Both the position numbers and the translations under genes were made by a program. 64,000 bases of DNA from Patescibacteria group bacterium (lineage in GTDB: Bacteria > Patescibacteriota > Patescibacteriia > UBA9570), in contig JBAZWO010000003.1 of assembly GCA_041660305.1 (NCBI GenBank), positions 72,705 through 136,704 on the forward strand, written 5' to 3'. How positions within the stretch are numbered: position 1 is the stretch's first letter; each line of letters opens with the position of its first letter. Positions 26,548 to 35,669 of the stretch are shown piece after piece. The notes below the pieces were generated by a model that saw only the letters and a program-made list of their open reading frames with translations, had not been told where the DNA came from and did not search any database.

Positions 26548-26931
26548 TTAAAAATATTGCCCTTGAATAAAAATAAATAACATGTAGGCTATGCCATTAG
26601 CCGCTAAAATAATTAATAAACCAACCCCAGAATTTTTAATCAGCTCTTTAGCTTTAGTAATTTGTTCTTCATTGCCATGCGCTGTTACCCACAAAAAGCC
26701 AGCGTAAATTAAAACTGTTAAAAAGCCAGCCGCTAAAAAAGTAAGTACTATATTAATAAGAGCAATCGCCATGGTAACTGGATCGGCTTGACCTAAATTT
26801 AACGTAGTAAATGGGCTTAACTTTAAGGCTCCAGTTTTATCAGCTTCATTAGCAGCAGTGGCCGGATCAAAATTTAAGGTTTCTGGCTGATACGTTCCTG
26901 CGGTAATAACAAATAAATCAAGTAATTTCAT
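26548..26931 (-). CDS. T4SS-pilin-like protein (cluster paralogue; weak or no obvious signal peptide)
   Basis: Core is AGFLWVTAHGNEEQITKAKELI. Confidence 0.7.
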   Translation of the reverse strand: MKLLDLFVITAGTYQPETLNFDPATAANEADKTGALKLSPFTTLNLGQADPVTMAIALINIVLTFLAAGFLTVLIYAGFLWVTAHGNEEQITKAKELIKNSGVGLLIILAANGIAYMLFIFIQGQYF

Positions 26932-26952
26932 AATAATAAAGATACTGGCTTG

Positions 26953-27339
26953 TCATTTAGTCCAAGCCGCGTTTTGTACATAAATAAATACTAGTGTACT
27001 AATTGATAATGCTCCTAATGCCAAAACTAACCCTATTAATGCTCCCTTAATAATATCTTTGGCTTTAGTTAATTCTTCCTCATTTTCTCCGGCTTTAAAC
27101 CAGAGCACACCAGCGTATAACAATAAAACCATAGAAATAAAGCCTAAAAAACCAAGCGCCATGTTAATAAAAGAAAAGGCTATGGTAGCCGGATCACGGT
27201 TTGCGCCGCCACTTAAAAACGTTAATTTGGTAATAGAAGTTAAACCGGAATCATTCTTAGCTGGATCAAAATCAATGGCTTGAGCCGAACAAGTGATTGC
27301 AAATAATAATAATACCAAAACAACTTTATAGTACCGCAT
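26953..27339 (-). CDS. T4SS-pilin-like protein (cluster paralogue)
   Basis: Core is AGVLWFKAGENEEELTKAKDII. ATG 27339 (MRYYKVVLVLLLF...) is preferred over 27384 and gives a 14-nt overlap with the upstream gene. Confidence 0.7.
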   Translation of the reverse strand: MRYYKVVLVLLLFAITCSAQAIDFDPAKNDSGLTSITKLTFLSGGANRDPATIAFSFINMALGFLGFISMVLLLYAGVLWFKAGENEEELTKAKDIIKGALIGLVLALGALSISTLVFIYVQNAAWTK

Positions 27340-27745
27340 TCGTGATTTTGGTAAAGTAGTAAAAAAACCACTGCAAAATACCAAACGAACCTAGTATCAC
27401 CACCATGCCAAAAATAGACCCTTTAATCATATCTTTACCTTTTTGAATTTCTTCCTCATTGCCTCGCGCCCAAATCCAAATAAAACCACCGTAAATGGTA
27501 ATAACCACCGTAAAAAATCCTAACACCCGCAAACCTACGTTAATTATTTGCGCCGCGGCTACCACCGGATCGATACTGCCTAAACCAGTATCTGTTAAAC
27601 TTACAATTGTACCAGTGCCGCCGCTAATACTATCAAAACCACACAGCGGATCTAAACATAATTTTGCGGCCTGAACAGGCTTAGCAACATTAAACCAGCT
27701 AATGATGCCTATAATGATGAATAGTCCAATTAATAATTTTTTCAT
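27326..27745 (-). CDS. T4SS-pilin-like protein (cluster paralogue)
   Basis: Core is GGFIWIWARGNEEEIQKGKDMI. Confidence 0.75.
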   Translation of the reverse strand: MKKLLIGLFIIIGIISWFNVAKPVQAAKLCLDPLCGFDSISGGTGTIVSLTDTGLGSIDPVVAAAQIINVGLRVLGFFTVVITIYGGFIWIWARGNEEEIQKGKDMIKGSIFGMVVILGSFGILQWFFYYFTKITNAVL

Positions 27746-27750
27746 ATATT

Positions 27751-28314
27751 TTATATTCCTGGATCGGGTGGTGGCATTTCGCTACCACCTAAAGGGTCTG
27801 GCGTAGGAGTAGGCGTAGGAGTAGGCGTAGGAGTAGGCGTAGGAGTAGGCGTAGGAGTAGTTGGTGTACTTGTTGTTGAAGGTTGGGTTGTTTGAGTAGT
27901 AGTTGGCCCGGTTGTAGCAACACGAATGGCGGCAAACACAAATTGAGCTAGACCATATGAACCCAATACAATCACTAAACCAAATATTGAGCCTTTTAGT
28001 AAATCTTTAGCTTTAGTGATTTTTTCTTCTTCACCGGCTGCAAAAATCCACATAAAACCAGCTACGACAATCATTATTATAGTAATGGTACCAAGAAAAA
28101 TTAAGGCTGTATTTACTACTGTAAACACAATATAAGCCGGATCTTTTGTACCTAAACCTGTTACTGTTTGCAGGTTTACGTCCTTACCTGATGCATCTTG
28201 AAATGTAGAATCAAATTGAAAAGCACTTTTCACCGCCGTTGGTTGGATAGATGCAACAACAAGCAACACTGCGGTTGCTAATAATATAAGATAACGCTTT
28301 TTTATTTGTTTCAT
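27751..28314 (-). CDS. T4SS-pilin-like protein with a C-terminal Pro-Thr repeat tail
   Basis: Core is AGFMWIFAAGEEEKITKAKDLL. The tail reads ...PTTPTPTPTPTPTPTPTPTPTPDPLGG. Confidence 0.75.
   Translation of the reverse strand: MKQIKKRYLILLATAVLLVVASIQPTAVKSAFQFDSTFQDASGKDVNLQTVTGLGTKDPAYIVFTVVNTALIFLGTITIIMIVVAGFMWIFAAGEEEKITKAKDLLKGSIFGLVIVLGSYGLAQFVFAAIRVATTGPTTTQTTQPSTTSTPTTPTPTPTPTPTPTPTPTPTPDPLGGSEMPPPDPGI
27800..27859. repeat. Perfect 12-bp tandem repeat x5 (GGCGTAGGAGTA) encoding (PT)n
   Basis: Read directly: five consecutive identical 12-mers inside the 3' part of the gene at 27751-28314. Confidence 0.9.
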
Positions 28315-28342
28315 AAACTAAGGCCTCTATAATATACCACAC

Positions 28343-28738
28343 TTACCCTAACTTAGTCAACAGGCTGGATTTGTATTTTTCCGGCTGATGCGCCGCTAGA
28401 CGAATATAGGGAACATTCCATTTTTTAAGTTCAGTTAAATCAATGGCTTGATCATAACCCAAACAAATTAACTGTGGTTTAATGACCGTGATAACTTTAA
28501 ACCGCTTGGAAAAATCAGTTTCACCTAATTTAGCTAGATTAACCACTGGAAATTGTTGCACTTGTTGTAATCTGATTTGTTCAGACTGGACTGGTAATTT
28601 GCCTTTTATTTTTTTTACATTAATATCGCGGGCTACAATAACTACTAAATAACTACCGTATTGTTTGGCTTGCGTTAAAAACCAGGCGTGGCCAGGATGA
28701 AATAAATCGAAGGTACCAAATACTAATATTTTTTTCAT
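28343..28738 (-). CDS. Cytidylyltransferase-family nucleotidyltransferase (HxGH type)
   Basis: MKKILVFGTFDLFHPGHAWFL carries the (T/H)xGH nucleotidyltransferase motif. Confidence 0.7.
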   Translation of the reverse strand: MKKILVFGTFDLFHPGHAWFLTQAKQYGSYLVVIVARDINVKKIKGKLPVQSEQIRLQQVQQFPVVNLAKLGETDFSKRFKVITVIKPQLICLGYDQAIDLTELKKWNVPYIRLAAHQPEKYKSSLLTKLG

Positions 28739-28760
28739 ATATTATCTTATTTTATTTTTT

Positions 28761-28815
28761 CCCCCCTCTCCTATAAACGTCCTACCTCACCCCCTCTCCT
28801 CTAAGGAGAGGGGGG
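28761..28815. repeat. Polypyrimidine/polypurine hairpin element (family copy R1)
   Basis: CCCCCCTCTCCT occurs at 28761-28772. A hairpin follows: CCCCCTCTCC (28790-28799), 5-nt loop, GGAGAGGGGG (28805-28814). It is preceded by CCTACCTCA. Confidence 0.6.
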
Positions 28816-28822
28816 ATAATTA

Positions 28823-30796
28823 TTATTTCTTATTAGAATGTAATTCTAATTGTTTAATCTTATCACGTAAACTGGCAGCTAGCTCAAACTGTAACTGCTG
28901 GGCGGCTAAGTTCATTTGTTGTTCTAAATCGGAAATAAGCCAAGCGCGCTGTGTTTTAGACAACGTTTCTTCATTAATAGCTGATTTGAACGTTTCGGCC
29001 GCTCCACCGGATACCCGATCGGTACGAATAGTTCTATGCACACTAGTAGGCGTAATATGATGCACGTTATTATAGTGCTGTTGAATGGTTCTACGCCGTT
29101 CCGTTTCACTCATGGCCGTTTTCATAGCGGCCGTAACTCGATCGGCATACATAATTACTTTACCATGTTCATGCCGGGCGGCTCGCCCCATGGTTTGAAT
29201 TAACGCTGTGGCACTGCGCAAAAACCCTTCTTTATCAGCATCTAAAATAGCTACTAAAGACACCTCTGGCAAATCCAAACCTTCGCGTAATAAATTAATA
29301 CCTACTATTACATCGTATTTACCCGTGCGTAAATCTCGTAATATTTCCAAGCGCTCCAGTGTATCCACCTCCGAATGTAAATAATTAACCGCAATATTTT
29401 TGGCCTGTAAATATTCCGTTAATTCCTCGGCTAAACGCTTGGTTAATGTAGTAACTAACACTCGCTCATGTTTTTTTACGCGTTCTTGAATAGCTGTTTC
29501 CAAGTGCTCTAATTGGCCAGTAGTGGCATGCAGTTGAATAACCGGATCTAATAAACCAGTGGGACGAATTAATTGTTCCGCTATTACAGTTGAGCGTTCC
29601 AACTCATAAGCCGCTGGCGTAGCAGATACGTAAATGGTTTGCTGCATTTTTTTGGTAAACTCGGAAAACTGCAGTGGCCGATTATCTAGCGCCGCTTGCA
29701 AACGAAATCCGTAATTAATTAGGTTTTGTTTGCGCGCTCGATCGCCACGATACATGGCTCCAATTTGCGGCACAGTAGCATGTGATTCATCTAACACTAA
29801 TAAAAAATCTTTGGGAAAATAATCTATTAGTGTATATGGTGGTTCATCTACCACCCGACCATCAAAGTATCGTGAATAATTTTCAATCCCATTTACATAA
29901 CCAGTTTCCCGAATCATTTCTACATCATAGGTGGTACGTTGTTGCAAACGATGCGCCTCTAATGGCTGGCCTTGTTTTTTGAGAGCCACTACTTCTTGTT
30001 CCATGTCTTGCAAAATAGTTTGCAGAATAGGCTCTCGATTATTTAATGGTGCCATATAATGACTGGCTGGGTAAATGGCTACGCTGTCTAACTTAGTTAA
30101 AACGGTTTTGTTTAACACATGAAACGTTTCAATTTTTTCTAATGTATCACCAAAAAACCGCAACCGGTAACCTTCGTATTCCGACATGGCCGGAAAAATT
30201 TCTACAATTTCCCCTTTCACTTGAAAAGCACCACGTTTTAGTTCTAAATCATTACGCTGATATTGCATGTTAATAAATTGTTGCAGTAATACTCGGCGTG
30301 AATAATTCTGACCAGCTTTGAGCGTAACGCTAAATGATTGATATGTAACTGGCGAGCCTAACCCATAAATACACGATACTGAAGCCACTACAATTACATC
30401 GCGCCGTGATAACAAGGCTTGCGTAGCCGCGTGGCGTAAGCGCTCAATTTCGGCGTTAAGTTTAGTGGTTTTTTCAATATACGTATCGCTGCGCGGCAAA
30501 TAGCTTTCTGGCTGATAATAATCATAAAACGATACAAAATAATGTACCGCGTTATTGGGAAAAAATTCGCGAAATTCCGAAACCAATTGCGCCGCCAAGG
30601 TTTTATTATGAGAAATAATCAACGTTGGTCGTTGTATTTGATTAATCACGTTAGCAATAGAAAAAGTTTTACCAGACCCGGTTACCCCAAGTAAAGTTTG
30701 GTGTTCATGGCGCGCTTGCACACTAGCTACTAGCTGCCTAATGGCCTGTGGCTGATCGCCGGTGGGTTTAAATTTGGCCTGCAACTGAAAGTTCAT
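28823..30796 (-). CDS. uvrB: Excinuclease ABC subunit B
   Basis: QTLLGVTGSGKTF (Walker A), helicase motifs, and a C-terminal UVR domain (...LQFELAASLRDKIKQL). Confidence 0.95.
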   Translation of the reverse strand: MNFQLQAKFKPTGDQPQAIRQLVASVQARHEHQTLLGVTGSGKTFSIANVINQIQRPTLIISHNKTLAAQLVSEFREFFPNNAVHYFVSFYDYYQPESYLPRSDTYIEKTTKLNAEIERLRHAATQALLSRRDVIVVASVSCIYGLGSPVTYQSFSVTLKAGQNYSRRVLLQQFINMQYQRNDLELKRGAFQVKGEIVEIFPAMSEYEGYRLRFFGDTLEKIETFHVLNKTVLTKLDSVAIYPASHYMAPLNNREPILQTILQDMEQEVVALKKQGQPLEAHRLQQRTTYDVEMIRETGYVNGIENYSRYFDGRVVDEPPYTLIDYFPKDFLLVLDESHATVPQIGAMYRGDRARKQNLINYGFRLQAALDNRPLQFSEFTKKMQQTIYVSATPAAYELERSTVIAEQLIRPTGLLDPVIQLHATTGQLEHLETAIQERVKKHERVLVTTLTKRLAEELTEYLQAKNIAVNYLHSEVDTLERLEILRDLRTGKYDVIVGINLLREGLDLPEVSLVAILDADKEGFLRSATALIQTMGRAARHEHGKVIMYADRVTAAMKTAMSETERRRTIQQHYNNVHHITPTSVHRTIRTDRVSGGAAETFKSAINEETLSKTQRAWLISDLEQQMNLAAQQLQFELAASLRDKIKQLELHSNKK

Positions 30797-30798
30797 GA

Positions 30799-32487
30799 CT
30801 AGATTATAGCACGAAGTTGCCGTAATTCTTCTTTGTGTAATTTACTTACTTTCACTAATTCTTCTTTATGCAGAATATCTTTTAAGTACTGTAAGCTGAT
30901 GGAATCTGGATGCAATACAAAAGTAGCCCCCGCTTTATAAAACTGTTCTACTTCGGCTAAGTGCCTGGCGGATACAATAATATCGGCTTTTAATTTAAAA
31001 TGTTTGGCGTATTGTAATAAACTCAACGTTGGTTCCGGATACGGCACAATGGAAATAATTAAACTAGCTTGATCTAATTGAGCTTGTTTTAAAATATCTT
31101 CATCGCGCATATCGCCATAAATATGTTGCACGGCTTGGCGAGCAATGTGCTTAATGCTGGCTGGATTATAATCAATGATAACAATTTCTTTATTTAGTTC
31201 TTTTAATTCTTTCAGCACTTTATTTAATGAAGAATAATAGCCAAAAATAACAATATGATTAGTTAAATCTTTAGCCACTACGTTTTGTTGACTATATTTT
31301 TTACGCTGTAACCAACGATGATATAGTAGTGGTTTTAACCAACGATAAATTTGTTCATTATACGTAATAAAATATGTTGACCCTACCATGGTTACCAATC
31401 CTACAAAGGCAATAAGCGAAACTACTGTTTGATCTAAGAAACCTAAGACCACACCACGATTGGCTAAAATAAAAGAAAACTCACTAATTTGCCCAATACT
31501 TAACCCCACAAATAACGCTACCCGTGGCTGATGCCCACCGCTAATTAAAATAATATATACAATTAACGGATTACCAATTAACACAAACAATGCTAATAAG
31601 ACTCCTAACCAAATAGTATGAGCATCTAGTGTTAATACTAATTGACTACCTAATACCGCAAAGAAAATTACAATAAAAAAATCTCGTAACGATCGAATGC
31701 GCGCAGAAATTTCATAATTATAATCTAGCCCGGCGATAGCCACTCCGGCTAAAAACACCGCAATGGTAACTGGAAAATCCAACGCCATGGCTAATAGAGC
31801 AAATAAAAAACACCAAGCAATGCTCCATAAAAACAACAACTCTTGAGAGTGACCAATAAAAATGAATATCCGGCGAAATACATATTTGGCTAATAACCAA
31901 GCTAATAAACCAATGGCACTGGCTTTTACAAAAGATAAACCTATTTCTACCCATGGCAATGCGGTTGTATCAATGGTTTTACCTAAACTTTCTAAAATTA
32001 ACAACGCTAACACCGCAAAAAAATCTTGTAGCACCAATATGGCCACTGCAATACGACCGTATAATGAATCTAATTGGCGCGCCTCACCTAATAATTTAAC
32101 TACAATAATAGTACTGGAAAACGTTAACGCTAACGATAAAATCCAAGCCTGACTGGCCGGAAAACCTAATGCCACTGCCAAAATAAATCCAATTACTCCA
32201 GTAAACACTACTTGGCCTATGCCAGAAAATAACGCTACATTATTTAACGCTTTAAATTTCCGAATATCTAATTCAATACCAATCAAATACAATACAAACG
32301 CAATACCAAACGAAGCTAATACCTCCATAAGCTCTTTTGATTGCAACCAATTTAAACCCAGCGGCCCTAGCAAAATGCCAGTTAAAATAAAGGCTAACAC
32401 AGTAGGTTGCTTAATTAACCTAGCTAGCAGAGCTAATGCCGTACTAACAATAATAATAGCGCTGATTTCGAAAAAAATATTATCCAT
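30799..32487 (-). CDS. Monovalent cation:proton antiporter (CPA2, Kef-type) with a C-terminal RCK/TrkA-N domain
   Basis: About 12 TM helices in the Na+/H+ exchanger pattern, then a Rossmann-like domain (IVIFGYYSSLNKVLKEL). Confidence 0.85.
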   Translation of the reverse strand: MDNIFFEISAIIIVSTALALLARLIKQPTVLAFILTGILLGPLGLNWLQSKELMEVLASFGIAFVLYLIGIELDIRKFKALNNVALFSGIGQVVFTGVIGFILAVALGFPASQAWILSLALTFSSTIIVVKLLGEARQLDSLYGRIAVAILVLQDFFAVLALLILESLGKTIDTTALPWVEIGLSFVKASAIGLLAWLLAKYVFRRIFIFIGHSQELLFLWSIAWCFLFALLAMALDFPVTIAVFLAGVAIAGLDYNYEISARIRSLRDFFIVIFFAVLGSQLVLTLDAHTIWLGVLLALFVLIGNPLIVYIILISGGHQPRVALFVGLSIGQISEFSFILANRGVVLGFLDQTVVSLIAFVGLVTMVGSTYFITYNEQIYRWLKPLLYHRWLQRKKYSQQNVVAKDLTNHIVIFGYYSSLNKVLKELKELNKEIVIIDYNPASIKHIARQAVQHIYGDMRDEDILKQAQLDQASLIISIVPYPEPTLSLLQYAKHFKLKADIIVSARHLAEVEQFYKAGATFVLHPDSISLQYLKDILHKEELVKVSKLHKEELRQLRAII

Positions 32488-32554
32488 ATAAGCGCGCTGA
32501 TTATAACATAACTTATTGCTAATTGCACTAAAAATTGCTAGAATAATGCTACTT

Positions 32555-33130
32555 ATGTTAGCTTATTTGCACGGTAATGTGCTCTTACACAAACCACCCT
32601 ATTTAGTACTTGATGTACATCAGGTTGGTTATAAAATATTTGTACCAATCCCAATATTGGCGCAATATCAGCCTGGTAGCGCATTAAAACTATATACTTA
32701 TCAATATTTACGTGAAAACAGCATTGAACTATATGGTTTTGCTGAATTAGCCGATTTGGAGTTGTTTGAACAATTAATTACTGTATCCGGCATTGGTCCG
32801 AAGGCCGGTTTAGCCTTGCTATCACAACACACTGCCACTGCTTTAAAACAAGCTATTGCTACTAATGATATTGCTGTATTAACTACCACCTCTGGCATTG
32901 GCAAAAAAACCGCCCAACGTTTAGTGTTAGAACTAAAAGGCAAATTTGCTACGCTAATCAATCCCACCGCCACGCCCTTAACTGATGCCATTGGTGCCTT
33001 AGAAAATTTAGGCTATTCCACCGCCGAAGCCAGTGCGGCATTAGCCCAGATTGATAGAACTTTATCATTAGAACAGCAAATTAAAGCAGCACTGAAATTA
33101 TTAGGCCAAGCGCGCCGCAAACTCAATTAA
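32555..33130 (+). CDS. ruvA: Holliday junction branch migration complex subunit RuvA
   Basis: MLAYLHGNV...VGYKIFVP N-terminal OB domain and the HhH segment SGIGPKAGLALL...SGIGKKTAQRLVLELK. Start chosen at ATG 32555. Confidence 0.85.
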   Translation: MLAYLHGNVLLHKPPYLVLDVHQVGYKIFVPIPILAQYQPGSALKLYTYQYLRENSIELYGFAELADLELFEQLITVSGIGPKAGLALLSQHTATALKQAIATNDIAVLTTTSGIGKKTAQRLVLELKGKFATLINPTATPLTDAIGALENLGYSTAEASAALAQIDRTLSLEQQIKAALKLLGQARRKLN

Positions 33131-33132
33131 CC

Positions 33133-34038
33133 ATGAACGCCACGCAATGGAATTCATTTGTTTTGCAGAATCATGGCTCGTTTTTACAATCTTGGCAGTG
33201 GGGAGAATTTCAGCAAGCTTATGGTCGCACGATTATTCCCTTAGCCAAGGATAATTTACAAGCATTATGTATAGTATATCCATTACGGTTTAACAAAACT
33301 TATTTGTTTTCTCCGTACGGTCCCGTTGGTAATATTACTGCCACTACTATTACTCCATTGTTAAATGATATTAAAAATTTAGCTAAAAAATACCACGCTA
33401 TTCACTGGCGTTACGAACGAGCTGGTAAATTATTTTCCGGCCAACCGGTATCTAACATACATCCACAACAAAGCTGGCTACTACCATTAACCAATCCGGA
33501 ACAATTATTAGCCGCCATGAAACAAAAATGGCGCTACAATATTCACTTGGCCGAACGTAAAGGTGTAACTATTCATCAATCTACCGATCTGAAAGACTTA
33601 GAAAAAATCTATCCATTATTAAAAAATACTGCTCAACGCCAAAAAATAAAATTACATCCCAAGCGTTACTACACCACCATGGTAAATACGTTAAACAATC
33701 ACAATTTAACATTATATTTAGCTGAATATCAAAATAAAATTATCGCCGGCAATATCATGTTAGGCTTTGGCGACACCATAACTTACGTACACGGCGGTTC
33801 AGATCATGCCTATCACACTGTCATGGCGCCACATTTATTACAGTGGCAAGCAATCGTTAATGCCCAACAAGCCGGTTATAAAACCTATGATTTTTTTGGC
33901 ATATCCGAACAATGGCCTGGTATTACTCGTTTTAAGCAAGGTTTTGGCGGCCAATTAGTAGAATATGCCGGTACTTATGAATTACCGTTAAATAAAATGT
34001 GGTATACTGCTTATAAATTAGCTAAATTATTCTCCTGA
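33133..34038 (+). CDS. FemAB-family peptidoglycan interpeptide-bridge aminoacyltransferase
   Basis: FLQSWQWGEFQ N-terminal motif, with length and pattern of FemX/FemAB proteins. Confidence 0.7.
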   Translation: MNATQWNSFVLQNHGSFLQSWQWGEFQQAYGRTIIPLAKDNLQALCIVYPLRFNKTYLFSPYGPVGNITATTITPLLNDIKNLAKKYHAIHWRYERAGKLFSGQPVSNIHPQQSWLLPLTNPEQLLAAMKQKWRYNIHLAERKGVTIHQSTDLKDLEKIYPLLKNTAQRQKIKLHPKRYYTTMVNTLNNHNLTLYLAEYQNKIIAGNIMLGFGDTITYVHGGSDHAYHTVMAPHLLQWQAIVNAQQAGYKTYDFFGISEQWPGITRFKQGFGGQLVEYAGTYELPLNKMWYTAYKLAKLFS

Positions 34039-34044
34039 TTATTT

Positions 34045-34773
34045 ATGGACATTGTAATTGCCGCCGCCGGTAAAGGTACTCGTTTACAATCATATACCAA
34101 TAATTTTCCAAAACATATTTTGCCGATAGCTGGCAAACCATTTTTATATTATTTATTAGACGCGATTAATGAAGCAGGGTTTCGCCGCTGTATTATTGTG
34201 GGTGGTTATTGTTTTGAAAAAATGTCCGCTACTATAAAAAATTACCTGCCAGCTGAATCGCGTACGGAAATTATTCTCATTAACCAATTTGATTACGTAC
34301 CAAATACTGCTTACGGCACCGCCTGCCCATTATTAGCCGCCGCTCATATTATTCAAGGCGATAGGTTTGTTTATACGATGGGCGATCATTTATTAAGCAC
34401 GGCTGATTTACAAACCATGCAAATGTCCACCGCTGATTGGCTGCTAGCTGCTGTAGAACATACTCACCCAGAACGCTTTGGCGTAGTTGCAGTAGACGCT
34501 CACCATCATTTAACGCAAATTATTGAAAAACCAGCTCATCCTACTAGCCAGCTGGTAAACGTGGGCTTATATACCTTCACACCAACGATTATTCCACAAT
34601 TAAAAAATTTAAAAACCTCTAGCCGCCAGGAATACGAAATTACCGATGCCTTAAATATAGCCGCTTCACATCAACCAATTCGCGTAGTACCCTTAACTGG
34701 TCCCTGGTTAGATTTAGGTCGGCCAGAAGACATTGCTTCACTGGAACAATTCGTTAATAACTCTAAAATATGA
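34045..34773 (+). CDS. Sugar-phosphate nucleotidyltransferase
   Basis: IAAAGKGTRL resembles the G-x-G-T-R-L signature, followed by KHILPIAGKP. Confidence 0.75.
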   Translation: MDIVIAAAGKGTRLQSYTNNFPKHILPIAGKPFLYYLLDAINEAGFRRCIIVGGYCFEKMSATIKNYLPAESRTEIILINQFDYVPNTAYGTACPLLAAAHIIQGDRFVYTMGDHLLSTADLQTMQMSTADWLLAAVEHTHPERFGVVAVDAHHHLTQIIEKPAHPTSQLVNVGLYTFTPTIIPQLKNLKTSSRQEYEITDALNIAASHQPIRVVPLTGPWLDLGRPEDIASLEQFVNNSKI

Positions 34774-35669
34774 AAAAAATTGTTACTATTGGCGGCGGCA
34801 CTGGTCAATCACGCCTGCTCTACTACTTAAAAAACTATCCGCTTGATATTACAGCCATTGTTTCGATGGTAGACAATGGCGGTTCTACTGGCACATTACG
34901 TTCACAATTAAATGTATTACCACCCGGTGATGTACGCCGCTGTTTATTAGCTCTAGCTCGTACTAACACCCCTTTACAACAATTACTCAATCATCGTTTT
35001 ACTAAGGGCGATTTAAATCAGCACACTGTTGGTAATATTTTGTTAGCCGGTTTAGAACAAACGCAAGGTGATTTTGCCAAAGCCACCGCGGTAATGAGTA
35101 ACTGGTTAGACTGTGCCGGAACAGTATTACCGGTTACTCTAACACAAAGTACCTTATGCGCTACCCTAGAAAATAACGAAATTATTACCGGCGAAACCAA
35201 TATTGATTTACCAAAACATAATCCCGCATTAAAAATAAAAAACGTATTTTTAAAACCCGCTGTTACTGCTTACCCGCCAGTATTATCTGCTATTAAAACT
35301 GCTGACTATATTGTATTAACCATCGGCGATTTATTTACCAGCATTATTCCAAATTTATTAGTAACCGGTGTAGCCGATGCCATTACAAACAGCTCCGCTA
35401 AATTAATTTACACTTGTAACTGCACTACTAAACCCGGCGAAACTAATGGCTACTCTGTATTAGATTACATTAACCAATTAGAACATTATTTAACTCGTTC
35501 GTTAGATTATGTAATAGCTAATAATAACTTAAACATAGTTTCTCCGGCCGAAGCTGTATTACCACAAGCTAATAAAAAAATCATCTTAGCTGATTATTTA
35601 GCAGATAACGGCATTGCTTCTAATGGAGAAAAATTAGCCACTGTTTTAAATAATTTATGCCAACAGTAA
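34770..35669 (+). CDS. YvcK/CofD-family protein (gluconeogenesis factor-like)
   Basis: IVTIGGGTGQSRLL and VSMVDNGGSTGTLR..LNVLPPGDVRRCLLAL. Confidence 0.8.
   Translation: MKKIVTIGGGTGQSRLLYYLKNYPLDITAIVSMVDNGGSTGTLRSQLNVLPPGDVRRCLLALARTNTPLQQLLNHRFTKGDLNQHTVGNILLAGLEQTQGDFAKATAVMSNWLDCAGTVLPVTLTQSTLCATLENNEIITGETNIDLPKHNPALKIKNVFLKPAVTAYPPVLSAIKTADYIVLTIGDLFTSIIPNLLVTGVADAITNSSAKLIYTCNCTTKPGETNGYSVLDYINQLEHYLTRSLDYVIANNNLNIVSPAEAVLPQANKKIILADYLADNGIASNGEKLATVLNNLCQQ

Noticed and set aside
31718-32491. Several 78-96-aa ORFs on both strands within the antiporter gene, and similar ones inside guaB (57088-57972), trxB (59626-60048) and rpoB/rpoC
   Set aside because: They are nested within, or antisense to, strongly supported conserved genes, so they are treated as chance ORFs.
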